Part shown: piece after piece, positions 37,958 to 50,047 of the stretch | How the letters are laid out: the number at the start of each line of letters is the position of its first letter | How positions within the stretch are numbered: position 1 is the first letter of the stretch | Assembly: GCF_041146345.1 (NCBI RefSeq) | Contig: NW_027191405.1 | Span: 1,178,001-1,242,000 of the forward strand | Direction of reading: 5' to 3' | DNA length: 64,000 nucleotides | From: Neodothiora populina | Lineage: Eukaryota | Translations under genes and position numbers: made by a program | Notes under the pieces: generated by a model | Seen by the model: only the letters and a program-made list of their open reading frames with translations | What the model was told of the DNA's origin: nothing | The model's database searches: none

Positions 37958-39583
37958 CTATGAATTCACTGGTCTGTTGACCATCAACGTCAGCAGCGAC
38001 AATACAACCTCGGATGCTGCAAGTGTAGTGGTTTCTCCAGGATTGTCGTAGATCGGTGCGACCTCAACTGTCCATTCGGTCAATTCTTTGCTGCATTCTT
38101 CCCCAATGGATATCATGATACATACCAACATCTGCACCGATGACATCTAACCCATCGAGACCGTCCAGGATTGTCAGGAGCTCTCTAGTTGTCCATCCTC
38201 CTACTTCAGCGGTACCGGTGGCTACAAAGCGGTCAACAACGCCTATCGTGCCTTATCAATGACATTTTCAACTTACCTGGAGCATATGCCGGGTCCAAAA
38301 CATCTATGTCCACAGAGATGTAGACTTTTGTGCCGGCCACTCGGTCTTTAAGTCTTCGGATGATGCCTTCCGGTGTGAGTCTATCGATTGCACGAGCTGT
38401 GATGAGGTCGAATCCACAGCTCTTGTCGTTCCGAAGATCGTAATGCTTGTTGGCTACCGGAGCGCGAATCCCGGCGTGGATAGACGTGTTCCTGATCAAA
38501 CCTTCTTCATGTGCTATATGCAAGAATGTTCCATGGTTGACCCCCCTGACCAGAGCGTCATTAAAAGCTCCGACTTCTTTCACATGATGACAACTTACGC
38601 ATAGTCGGAGATCCCGCCGCCGAGCACCTTTGGATCCCAAGTATCTACATTCATCAACCTCGGTGTTCCATAATGCGGTCCCGCATAGGCATACCAATGT
38701 GGCTGTCAAAGTGTATAACGCTCACAGGTCCCCAGTGATGAAAGGTAGATCGTAGAGCAGATAGCGTAGTAGTGTGATCGCCCCCTAATGTCACGATGCG
38801 TGGCACTGAATACTCTGTATTGTTGGTAGCCCGGCCCGAAACAACCTTTGCCGGTCAGCACAACTTTTCATAACTTTTCAAAGTGTTCCTACCTTATGCG
38901 CAGCATCTAGCTGCTTCAAAGCGAGAGTATTGTCCTACACAGCCCATCAGCATGTCCATACATGACTCCTATCAGCTCTCCGAAACACACCAAGACCGTC
39001 AAGGGTGCATCACCACAATCCACAATCTTCGCCCACTCCTTGAAGATGTTCTTGCCTATCAACAACCGTGTTCAGCGAGCGGTTAGATACATGATACAAT
39101 AGACACGTCGAAATTTACCAGTGTAGACGCTGTAGGCCATTTCGGGCACGATGCGTCTCGACCCCAGTCGGATGCCGCCAGGTCCGTATCTCGCGCCGGG
39201 TCTAGCCGTAACTCCCTAGATCACATAAAACACATGTTCAGTAAAAGCAAGCTGATTCGACAGGATACGGCAGAGAAGGCCCTGCAGCAGCAGCAGCAGC
39301 AGCAGCAGCAGGCGGAACAACGAACCGTGTCGAATGGGGCTCCCAAGATGGCGATATCATACTGTCCAGGAGCATCGGCGCCGGCTCCAGCAGCCAAACA
39401 ATGCGCGTAAGGCAGGTTGGCGAACGTCGTGAGACCGGCGAATTTCGCGGACGAGATGTCTACTCCATCGTCTAGATTCCTTTGCATCGAGAATGGGGTT
39501 TGGTATCCTGCTACCGAGGGGAATACGATGTCTCGTCCGTTCACGGAAGCTGCGAGCAGCGCTAACGAGATCAGGACATTCAT
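37958..39583 (-). CDS. Agmatinase (arginase/ureohydrolase family) with N-terminal signal-like peptide; about 9 exons
   Basis: [54 protein letters not shown] and EVAPIYD metal-binding motifs. All introns read as GT-AG and keep the frame. Confidence 0.92.
39285..39311. repeat. (CAG)n microsatellite in agmatinase intron 1
   Basis: Nine consecutive CAG units read directly. Confidence 0.9.
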
Positions 39584-39900
39584 TGCGCCAAAAGATATGG
39601 GTTGTTCACACGAGAGAGACGATTCAGATACGACACGATGGCATGTGAATAGTTCACGGTAAATTATCAGCGGAGGATGCAATAATAAATAAATGGTAGA
39701 GTGCCTTGAGGTTGTAGTATGACTATCGCTGCCGTCATATGCCTAATGGGGAAAGTCCTAGCGACACCATGGCCATGTCTTCGCTTGCTCACTTGGCTTT
39801 ACCCGAACACAGTCACCAGATAAGAACGGATCATAGACAAGTATCAAGCAGGTGTATAGTGTGCATTTTGCATTGATAGTATTTGTAAAGCAATGGCGTT

Positions 39901-42025
39901 TTAATGCTTCCCGGATGTGAAGGGGGCATTTGTGTTTCGTCTGCAAAATGTCAGCAACGCTCTCCAGGTTTTGGGCTATAATACTACTCACCCTGACTGC
40001 TCTAGCTGTTTTAATCTCTGCGCCTCAGACGTATCACTCTCCCTCTCGTCCGGAGAGTCTGCATCGTTCTCTTTGTCGTCCAACGGGCCCTCTTCGCCAG
40101 AAGCACTGCGCAATCCATCTCTCTCGCGCGCCAGCCTCACTTCTGGCATTTCCGGCTTACCACCAAGGGATGACAGCACGACATCCGAGTCAGCGGTTAG
40201 CGCATCCATCACTTCGAGTTCACGTCTCGTAAACCAGCGAGGCATGAGGACCCATCTCAGTGGGATTAGTGAAATAACGATGACTGGAAATCCAATCGCG
40301 CCAATGGTCTGAGAAATAGCAACGCTGAATCCGACGCCGAGTATCTGCAGCAAAAGGAACAGCATTATCTTCCTCCTGGCAACCCGAAGCAATGGGTTAA
40401 TGGGATCGATGAATCTACGCTCACTGATGAGAAATATAACCTTTTGAGTCATGCCGTTACCCTCGATCGAGCCCCAGCCAACCACAAAAAAGACTCCTGC
40501 AAATAGACATCGTGGAATCGTGTGAAGAACAATGAGCAGAGGTCCTGTCATCGTGCCGATGATACCTAGACCCATAAGAAAGTGACTGAGCCGAGTTTCC
40601 ACGACACTCTTCGCAACGATCGACTTCTGTCGGCGCTCTGTCGTATTTCCATGCTCATCGATTTCGCGGGTAATGTCGAGTCGATCTTTGTATTGAGTCA
40701 ATGAGTCGGTATGCACTGGCGCCTGTGGCACTAATCCATTCGGCAAAGGTATCCCCAAGATTCCGCCTACGAAGGAGGTACATCCTAGCAGGAAGAAGTC
40801 CCAGTGGAAGCCGGCAGGTTTTTTCAACGGGTACTGTCTGGCTTGAGCACCAAGACTACTGACGTTCTGGCGATTGTTAGGTCAGGGTACACCATGATAA
40901 GTGAATCGACTTACATGATCATAGTAGAAGAGCAAGGTGAGCAATATGCTGATAGGGAGAGCAACAAACACCCACTTCACTGGCAAGTTCCAGAATGGAA
41001 CCACCCAGCTACGGTCAACAGTGGGATAGAAGGCTCGTGAGATGGGAAGCCGCATGACATCAGCTCTCTCCAGAGGTCCAGTTATGTGGACAAAGCCAGC
41101 CCAGAAAAGAGTGCAGATCTAGAACCGTGGTCATATAAGTAAGTATCACAGTCAGCAGACGAGGAGTGAACTCACCGGATATGCATAATCTGACAGCAAT
41201 TTTCTCAAGGTAGGAGTGAGTACCACTGTCCTCGGCAGCAACTCAAGTCCATAAACTGTCGCCCAGTAACAAAGAGCCACAACGCAACTCAGAAACCCTG
41301 CAGCGGGAGTACTCGAAGTAAATTGATCCACTAGCTCTTCGACTCCCTTTACTGTATGCAATGATAAGTAAAGTGAGTCCAAAAGTGAGATGCGTGATGG
41401 GTACGCTGTACTTACTCATATAAATAATACCAACATACATTCCAAAAGCATTACTTGAAAAGTCCGTGATGAAACGCATATAGTCGCAAAGATTACCAAA
41501 CGATGCGATCCAATGAGTAATAGCGGCCCAGATGGCCACCCATGCTAGAAATTCAGGATACTGATCCGTGATATGCTGCTTTTCCGCAATGTCGTAGATG
41601 GTATAGTTGAAAAGAGATATTAAACCAGTGATTCCGACTATGGTCAGGGGCTGGCAGGAGAGGAGACTGAACACAATGGCAGCCAGAGCAGAGGACAGCA
41701 AGCATTCGTTCACGCCAAAGAATCCTCCCGTTTTCCTCTCCATGTCGAGGATGAACGCGAGCGCAGGTAATAGGCTAGCATGTGTATCAGGTCGAGTGCT
41801 CACACAGAGATACAATCCGATGGGACTTTACAACACTCACTTGACAAAATACATGCGTACGGTGGCGGCGAATGCTCTGTAAGTAAATCCGTCCCGTATA
41901 TCACTCCAGTAAAATGGCAAGCGGCGTTTGACATCGTAGTACATGCCTCGACCAGGTCGCAGCATCCGGTACTGCTTCCAGCCTGTTGCGCCTCGCCATG
42001 TGTATGGATCCCGTGAAGCGTCCAT
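39901..42025 (-). CDS. BOR1: Borate/bicarbonate transporter family (SLC4-like) protein Bor1, multi-exon
   Basis: DVKRRLPFYWSDIRDG, QPLTIVGITG, FYYDH|NVSSL, KKPAGFHWDFFLLG, NGLVPQAPVHT, ETRLSH and IGFPV. A probable last intron (about 39991-39941) gives a final exon ending TAA 39903-39901. Confidence 0.9.
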
Positions 42026-43333
42026 AGTGATGCTGGGTATCCGCCCAAAGAGATGGGATTGGGGTGGGGAGGTTGTTCTCGTTATAAAAGCATTGGAAAG
42101 AGCTCCGTGATTTACGGAGTGAAGAGATTAACAATACAGAACCGGAATAATCAAAAAAAAATATTATGTACATTCGATTGGGATGGCATGCACAGGCGAG
42201 TTATGGACTCGGTGATGATGTGTTTTGGTCAAGTCCACAATAAATGTGGGGTGGGGGGGTTACCCACAGTATCATACCTTATAGTTACTTGTACGAAGGT
42301 GCAGCAAGTACGCTCTGTATTGCGAAAGAAACCCTTGGCAGGTCTCGGTGGCGTCAAGTTTAACCTTATACAAGGCACGTAGCGAACGCATCCCGGGTCA
42401 TTCTCCTCGTTTTACCTTGCTAAGAAAAGGTTTCCACTCCGCTGGGAGCCGAACATGTACAATAGGAAGTAGCAAAGGTGATGCAGTATGAAGAGTCTAT
42501 CTTGTGCGGAACGCTAGGTTCGCGATCAATGTAAACCCCAAAACGCAGCTCTTCAGTTGCGATTGTGATGACTCCCATACCAAGGCAGCAGTGGCAAGAT
42601 CTCAACAACACACACGCCATACCGCTAGCTCGGCCGAGTCATGATCCCAGGCTGTTTCTTGCTATCGGAGGAGGCGCCGAATGGTGCTTTCCTGAATAGC
42701 ATGGGGATCCTTTCTATCTGACCCTTGTGGCACACGCACGAACACTCAGCATTCATGGCAAGACTTCGTTTAATCTTTGCTTCGACCTATAAGATCAACC
42801 ACATACCCCACACGTACATCCAATAATCTGCTCCACTCTCCCATTCGCGAAAAAGTAAATTCGCCGCTGAGAGAGGAGGCGCGGAGGCAGTGACTGAGGT
42901 ACACCAAGTCTCCACCGGAGATGAACTCAAGCGCACGCGAGCAAAGCCAATCTTTGAGATTTTCGTGGCGGTTTCTGCAGGCGATTGTGTTGACCGGCGT
43001 ATATGTAAGCACGTAGCAAGGCATATAACTTAATTGTTGGACTTCACTCCGAGGAGTTATTGCGAGAAGGGAAATCTATGCCGATAGAAGGAAAACAGAA
43101 AGCCACACTGTCGTGGCTGGCGTGCCAAGATTACGTATTGTTTCTAACGATGATAGATCGTTAAGAGGTTAGTGTGCTGAAATAAGAGAGATCAGAGATA
43201 GGGACATGTTCTGCTCGAGCAGAATATTTGCTCGCTCGAGATTAGTCTGGTATTTACAATGATGATAATGGTACAACACATGCTTCCGACCGGCACACTG
43301 TTGCCGTGTCTGCTATACTCGACCCTTCCTACC

Positions 43334-45244
43334 TTATCGTTCTGCTTCATTTGCAGTCGAGTTTTGACCAACGTAGTCCTCTCGAGTCATTTCAGTCTTT
43401 GCGGCTTGGCGTCGTATGTACCATGCGGCTGCAATGCCAGCAGCCATACCACTCAAGTGCCCAGAGTAGTCAACGCCCATCTTCGTGCCCTTCCATGCGC
43501 TCAACACTTGGAGACCTCCAAATAATCCGAGGAAGGTCATGCCGGTCATGGGGACCTGGTAGCCCATAATCGTGACGTCGTGACTAGATGACCAAAAGCG
43601 TTAGCTTGCGTTTCTTTCCGTAAAGTCCGCGGATTCACTCACTCGGCGCGAAGGAGACAGGTCGCAGCCATTGTGCCCAAGACCGCTGTTGACGATCCGA
43701 AGATGTAGTACAGCCATCTCTGTCTGAGCACGTGGTATACCAGAGAACCATAGGCGCCTATCGTGCCACACCCAAGATAGATCGCGAGGAATGTACCTCT
43801 ACCCACATCGTCATGCACTGCGCGATCAGGTCAGTCACATGAAAGCCAAGAAAGACAAACGAATGCAAGGGTACATACACATCAAGCCAAAAGGCCACAG
43901 TAGAATGGTATTGGTGAAGAGATGAGTCAGTGATTGGTGGCCGAATTGGGCGCCAAAGATACCCAGGGCGAAGGGGTATCCAGGCGAGACCAAGAAATAC
44001 TTGTTCATGGTTCTCCACAAGAAAGGTATCCTCCAAGCGACAAATGTGGCGAAGTTGATCGCGGTGATGGTCGCCAGAGTTGCAATTGCTGGTGGGATCT
44101 CTGGGAAGACTCGAGCAGACTTTGGTGGCGGCGCGTACATCTCATGCAGAGTCAGACAGCCACCGATAACACAAAGAACGACGAGGGCTGAAGGACCGAG
44201 ACGACGCAATAGAGATAGCTGAGGGATTTTGTTGTCCTTGATGATAGTCGCTTGCTCTTCGTAGTACTTTACCCAAGATTTGCGCTCTACAGGCTGCAGC
44301 CAAGCTTTACCAACGGGTTGTTGCAGGTGCAATGCATCTGATGAAGCTTGAGTGGTTTGCGAGGCAGTGTCTCTGTGTAGTCGCTGCTGTTGCTCAGGTT
44401 TAGGCTCCTCGCCAGACTCTTTCAGTCGGGCTAGTTCGGCGAGCCTTTGCTGTTCGCGCAGCTCTTCCTTTTTCTTGTCTTCTCTTTTCCACCGAGCCAC
44501 ATTCGCTCGTCGCAAACCATCCAGGGCACTTTCGCCATACACGTCTACCTTCTTACGCTCAGTCTGAGCCTCGCTAGCAGCTTCTTCCTCGGGAGTCTTG
44601 CGATAGATGCCCAGATCTTCGGCGCGGGTCAGGTATTCTTGCTCTACCCTCTCAACCTCAGCTTCAGCCCAAGCCGCGCCTGCTCCCTGTTCGTCGAAAT
44701 CAGGGTATGTTTCGCGAAGGTACTGCAGAGCTGCCGCGGCTGCATCTCGCGACACATTTGACTCCGGGGGGAACTCTGTTCCGACGTCTATCAGGCTGCC
44801 AGAGATGCGTCTGTAGTTGACCAGACGCAGTACATGGTTTCCAAAAGTCTCGTCCAAGTCCGGGCCGAATATCCTCGTTATGGTGGCCTGGTCAAGCTCA
44901 CCAGTTTCTAGCGGAATGCCGACATTGGGATCGTAGTCTTGCCACGTCCGCGGTGAACGGCGCTTGGTGATCTGTTCAGGGCGCGCGGGTGTCTCGGGGG
45001 TCTTGATCCATCGCTTCCTGGCTGCCGTCACCGAGGAGGGAGTGAATTCGCGGGACCACCCACGGAGTGCAGAGCAGGACAGAGTCTCCGAGCGGCGCAG
45101 GTTGATACAAGGACGAGGCTGTACTGATCCGAAAGTCGACCGCGTGCATGTGTTTAGTTGTCGAATGCGGTTTGGAATCACAGCAGACGATTTGTTAAGG
45201 CCCGCAAAGGGCGTCCGGATAGCTACCGGACAGGCATAATTCAT
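43334..45244 (-). CDS. PCP1: Mitochondrial rhomboid protease Pcp1/PARL-like with long N-terminal extension; 3 exons
   Basis: Arg/Ser-rich presequence, FGHQSLTHLFTN, VGRGTFLAIY, FGSSTAV (GxS) and DYSGHLSG (catalytic His). Confidence 0.75.
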
Positions 45245-45664
45245 GACGAGTGTTATCCGCACGTCAATTGGACTGAGGGAGGTGGCGGATTAGATCACGG
45301 CAGACAAGGCGTATACATGGATGTCGAGGGAGTGTGTGGCGACAGAGTCAGGATTGGTCGTGACCTCTGGCACACGAAGACTGGGATCAGGCAACCACAG
45401 AAACAAAGTAAGGCATCTACTAGAGCTAAAGAGAGGTGAAGTCATGATCAGAAGGTAATTAAAGTAAGGAATCCAGACTAAAGATGATTGCGGAGCGGGG
45501 GTGCTCGGACCATTCCTGTCTACTGTACCTTTGTATATATTACACTGTAACACACTGATGTACAGTATGACAAAACACCCCCACTATCTATTGTAGACTC
45601 ACAGCACAGCATCTTTGGCTCGTCGAACAAGATACCACAGCAATACCGATAAGAGACAAAACCC

Positions 45665-46248
45665 ATGTCACACGAGGCCCTCCCGATCGATGCGCCGGCA
45701 TTCGCCAGAGCGATCCAAGACCTCCCCGTCGACGCTCTGCACAGCAATGCAGCAGAGCTCACGAACAACATCAGACACTTGAAGTCGTCGAATGAGCAGA
45801 TGATGCCTTTCGCCGATGAGGGTGATCAGGGTAAGGCGCTTTTTGTCCCACTGTATAGCCCTCTTGGCGATGGATTTCCTTTCGGCTGCTAGTCTTGTTG
45901 CTGACTGCTCGCTTGGGACACGCAGATTGCAAGGACGCCATGTTTGAGAACCTCATCGTCATCGGTCGAATCAACGAAAGAATCGACCTGCTGCGCGCCG
46001 AGGTGGAACGGAGAGGCATGCGGTGGGCAGATGCTGAAGTTGAAGAAAGCAGTGCGAATGCCAGTGCCGGAGAGCGTCTCGTCAACGGTACGGGAACCTC
46101 GTCAACTACTACCACTACCACCGCCGCCGCTACTACGCGAGATGCTACAAACACGTCGAGCGGCAGCTTGACTGATGCTGAGCTCATGGCAAGGCTTCAG
46201 GAGAGGATGAACGAAGACGAAGATGGTGAAGAAGGTGTGCATCTATAA
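45665..46248 (+). CDS. Tma17/Adc17-like small protein; 2 exons
   Basis: PIDAPAFARAIQDLP..L.....ELTNNIRHLKSSNEQM..DCKDAMFENLIVIGRINERIDLL resembles the Tma17 pattern (I...F..AI..L...EI.NSI.HL..SN). Acidic tail ending GVHL. Intron 45831-45925. Confidence 0.6.
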
Positions 46249-46416
46249 TGATACATGCATGTAAATTGAAATGATGATGATACCCGACTGCCATGATACT
46301 CTATGCCTGCAGGCAAAGGCTCCTCGCAGAATAGTCTAAGTCTACGCCGGTCCTGAACTCCTTTGATCGCCCACTCTTCGCACCCACCAGCTTTTGAAAC
46401 TCCGCAGACTCTCAAT

Positions 46417-48097
46417 CTAAGCAAATGCAGAAAGATCCAGTGGGACCGAGCTGCCCCTTCCAGCACGGTACCTCTTGCTCGCGCCAGTGAAGTCTCTAGG
46501 CTTCGGAAGCTGGTCGTCGGACTGGAACTTGAACCGTCGATCGTCTATGACCAAATGGCCGCCCCCGACGTTGCTGCCAGCGCGCGCTCTCGACATGTTT
46601 GGTGACTGAGTGCCGTTGGAGAGTGTGTAGGACGAGGCATCCATCATGCTCCGCAGTGGTGCCTGTGGCTGGGTTTGAGCACGACTCACGGCTGCTGGCG
46701 GGGGTGGAGGCGGCGACGGTGCCGCCATGGGAGGTGGCGGAGGCGCCGGTGACGCAGGTGGGGTTGCGCGCGGTGGTGGAGGTGTTGCAATCGGTAGTGG
46801 AGGGGCTGCGTGTGGCGCTGGAGGGGGAGGTGGAGGCGGCGCCGCTGGCGATGATCGTCCGAAAGCGTTCCGAGCAGCTTGCTCTGCAAGTGAAGGGGAT
46901 CCGTTCGAAGCGGGCGGTGGAGGCGCGGTCGGCGGCGCAGGTGCAGATCTTGGCGCAGGGTGCGCTGGAGGCCTCGGCGCTGCAGACGGAGGAGGCGGAG
47001 GCGGGGGCGCCGGAGGAGCTGGACTAGCAGAAGGCGGAGGTGGTGCAGGAGCCGAAGGTGCTGAGGATGCCGACCGGATAGGATGCGGCGGCGGATGAGG
47101 AGGTAGATGAGGGGCGCCCGAGGGTTTACGCGAAGCAGGGGGGGGTATTGGAGGCTTCTTGCCGATTGGCGGTGGTGGCTTTGGTTTCGCAGAGAGCTCG
47201 GGTGATGAAGCGTTTGAGTGCGCACTCGGGCGTAAGTTGTGCTTCAATGCGGACACTGCAGGGTTTGGAGGTGGGAATGACGGGATGCCTGGAGGTCCCG
47301 GAGGCGGCGCCGGAGGAGCAGAACCTGGCGGTCGCGGAGGAGCACCGGGTGGCTTTGGTGAAGCCAGCGAAGGGGCTCTGGGAGCAGGACTGGCTCGTGA
47401 GGGTGCGGCTTCGGGTTCTGACAGATGGGGTGAGTCGCCTTGGGCTCCTGTGCGGACTCCACCAGACTTTCGTAGCTTCGGCATTCCTCCAGCGAATAGA
47501 CCTCCCAATTGAGGTGGCGCAGCACTTGACCCAACGTCGCTACTTGCTCGCTCCCTGTTTGCCCCGCTGGGGACTGGAGGAGCCAATGCGCCCGGCGGTT
47601 TGGCCATTCCAGGGATCGGAGGGGCGCCCATGACGGGAGCTGCCGATGTCTTCTTGACATCGCCGACGATGGGTGCGGAACGATCATTGACCTGAGTGAC
47701 CTTTTTCAATTTGCGTCCCTTCTCGATGTCTCCCAATAGTGCGCCCTGTCACGTGTCAGCTGGGGGCCCGTATGATCTCAAGCTTGCACAAGTGTCGCAA
47801 AGTCTCGGACAACGTCGCAAGGAGTTGAGTGGAGTGCAAACATACTCGTCCCTTGGCTGCAGCTGGTGGTGGCCGTGACGGTAGACCGCCGGGTGGTGGA
47901 GGTGGTGGAGGAGGTGGGCCTGCATCTGTCAGTCAGAGCGACATACATTATCAACCAAGCTGCGAGTGGGCGGCAGGAGCATATGCATAGCGCGGTGTTG
48001 GATGAGGCAGATCAGAAATGACAGCCGGGCGCAACGTACCGCCTGCACCTCCGGGCATTGGGGGAGGCGGCGGAGGGGGTGGTGGTGGAGGAGGCAT
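46417..48097 (-). CDS. VRP1: Verprolin/WIP-like actin regulator (WH2 domains, polyproline); 3 exons
   Basis: MPPPPPPP start at 48097, GALLGDIEKGRKLKKVTQVNDRSAP, LGGLFAGGMPKLR, and C-terminal RFKFQ..LPKPR..K.YRAGRGSSVPLDL. Confidence 0.9.
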
Positions 48098-48694
48098 CTT
48101 CTCTGTGCCCCGGTCTTTGGTTCACACGTTTGTGTCCTCGCCAGACAGATTTTGTGTATATGCGTGCGTGCCAGAGTGTTGCGCAAGTGGTCGGTTTCCT
48201 GATTGGACGGGTACCTGATACGGTACAGTAAGTGTAGCGAGTGCCCACCAGGGCGACAGGACGTGAAGATGGATGCTCTGAGTCAGGGTTATGTTGACAG
48301 AAATCAGAGTCTTCTCTCAGCTATGGTCAAGGTCAAGTCAAGTTCAAATAATACGATGGCTGGTGTAAAGCAAGTCACGGGGACTGCCTAAGGTAAGGAT
48401 GGAGAGAGGAATAAAGCGAAGCGGGAGAGGGTCGGCGGGGATGACGGCTGACTGCTGAGGTGTGACGGCGTTCGGTCCTGGCGTTTCTTGTGCCTGAACA
48501 ACTCCATTGAATTGATGATTATATCCCGCACTTATACCAATGCGATCGATGCTTTGAGCCAGCAAACTCGATAGGCATTAGGCGTCAGGCAAGAGAGTCA
48601 ATCACTGGGTAGCCTTATTGCTGCCTTGCTGCTGTACTGTACCTTCCGTGTGTATGCACTTACAGTATATCTGAAGCTGCCTAAAACAGACACG

Positions 48695-50017
48695 ATGAAG
48701 GCCACTACAAACCAACGGGTGGGATCGCTGTGTCATTACTGTCAGCATGCCTTCACAAGGCCGACGACGACTTCTCCTCTTCAGTCACGAGTCTCTCTCG
48801 CCGCCGCTGCCTCTGTCTCGCTAGCATCACGTCAGAGATGTTTTTCCCAAGCCTCGAGTCCGCTGCACTTCTCGCCGCAGAAGAAACTCAGACGGCTCCA
48901 GGAACTCCCAACCCCGGCTCTGCCTCTCTCCCACAGAGCCTTTGCAACAACACAGGAAACAAAAGCTGCAGCTCCGGAGACTCTCAATGACCAATCGCTG
49001 TCGACGCAGAGTCTGGACGCTGTCCATGCCAGGGTGGAAAAGCTTGCTGCCACCGTCCTGGACCACTCCGGTGTGCCCACCGAGGACATTGTCTTGGCCG
49101 CCCTCAACGAGTACGAGCGCATAGCAAAGGACCTTCTGACGACACAGTCCCCGCCTGCCGCATCGTCAGAGCCGTCCAAACGCAGTACAGCCACATCCGC
49201 CCTGCTCAGCTCAGTCGAGGACGACCTCTCGCCCAGCGCCGTGACGAAAGCCGAGCTGCTCCTCTCCATCTCCGAATGCGCATTCAGCATCGTCGATGTC
49301 GAACCTGTCTTCATCACTACCCCCATCCTCAAGGCCTACGTCCATCTACAGTCCCTGCTGGGCAAACCCGAAACCTTGCCCGTGGTCTTCGATCTGTACC
49401 GCTCCAAGCCCGTGCCGAAGCCGAACAGCTCTAAAAACATCACCTACAAGACGCCGGACCCAGACAAAGCCGCCGCCGCCATCCCGCCCGCCATAGCGGA
49501 TGCAGCAATCGACGCCGCCATCGCCGTGCGCGATCTGCCCTTGGCTCTGGCCACGATCGAAACGAGCTACTGCACGAAAGCGTATAAGAAGTCAAAGTTC
49601 CTACGGAGCGCTCTCTTCCCCGTCGCGGGTCTGGCTCTGACTCCCCCGGCCGCGTACACCCTCGCCAATCGCTTCAGTGACTGGCAGACCACCATGGATC
49701 CGCAGACGGCTACCCAGGTCGCCATGGCTGGCATCCTGACTTACACTACCGCTGTCGCCACTGTGGGATACACGGCGCTGACGACGGCCAACGACCAGAT
49801 GGTCAGAGTCACCTGGGCCACGGGCATGCCGCTGTGGGAACGATGGGTGCGAGAGGAGGAGCGCTTCGCTGTCGACAAGGTGTCTCAGGCGTGGGGCTTC
49901 AAGAGCAGAGACAAGTGGGGCGAGGAGGAGGGAGAGGAGTGGGAAGAGTTGAAAGAATGGGTCGGCATCAGAGGCATGGTGGTGGACCGAGTCGAGTTGA
50001 TGGACGGCATGGAATAA
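48695..50017 (+). CDS. Hypothetical protein, probably mitochondrial membrane
   Basis: Long ORF with coding codon bias, an Arg/Ser-rich presequence-like N-terminus and two hydrophobic segments near the C-terminus. Confidence 0.7.
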   Translation: MKATTNQRVGSLCHYCQHAFTRPTTTSPLQSRVSLAAAASVSLASRQRCFSQASSPLHFSPQKKLRRLQELPTPALPLSHRAFATTQETKAAAPETLNDQSLSTQSLDAVHARVEKLAATVLDHSGVPTEDIVLAALNEYERIAKDLLTTQSPPAASSEPSKRSTATSALLSSVEDDLSPSAVTKAELLLSISECAFSIVDVEPVFITTPILKAYVHLQSLLGKPETLPVVFDLYRSKPVPKPNSSKNITYKTPDPDKAAAAIPPAIADAAIDAAIAVRDLPLALATIETSYCTKAYKKSKFLRSALFPVAGLALTPPAAYTLANRFSDWQTTMDPQTATQVAMAGILTYTTAVATVGYTALTTANDQMVRVTWATGMPLWERWVREEERFAVDKVSQAWGFKSRDKWGEEEGEEWEELKEWVGIRGMVVDRVELMDGME

Positions 50018-50047
50018 AAGTCGGTTTTTATTGTACACATGTATATT

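Noticed and set aside
37958..39583. Apparent fragmentation of agmatinase in the ORF track (possible pseudogene)
   Set aside because: The fragments are joined in frame by canonical introns.
37958..42025. Functional agmatinase-BOR1 cluster (borate inhibits arginase-family enzymes)
   Set aside because: Adjacency is the only evidence, and both are ordinary widespread genes.
43209..43224. Perfect 16-bp palindrome TTCTGCTCGAGCAGAA
   Set aside because: About one such palindrome is expected by chance in 64 kb, and nothing else supports it.
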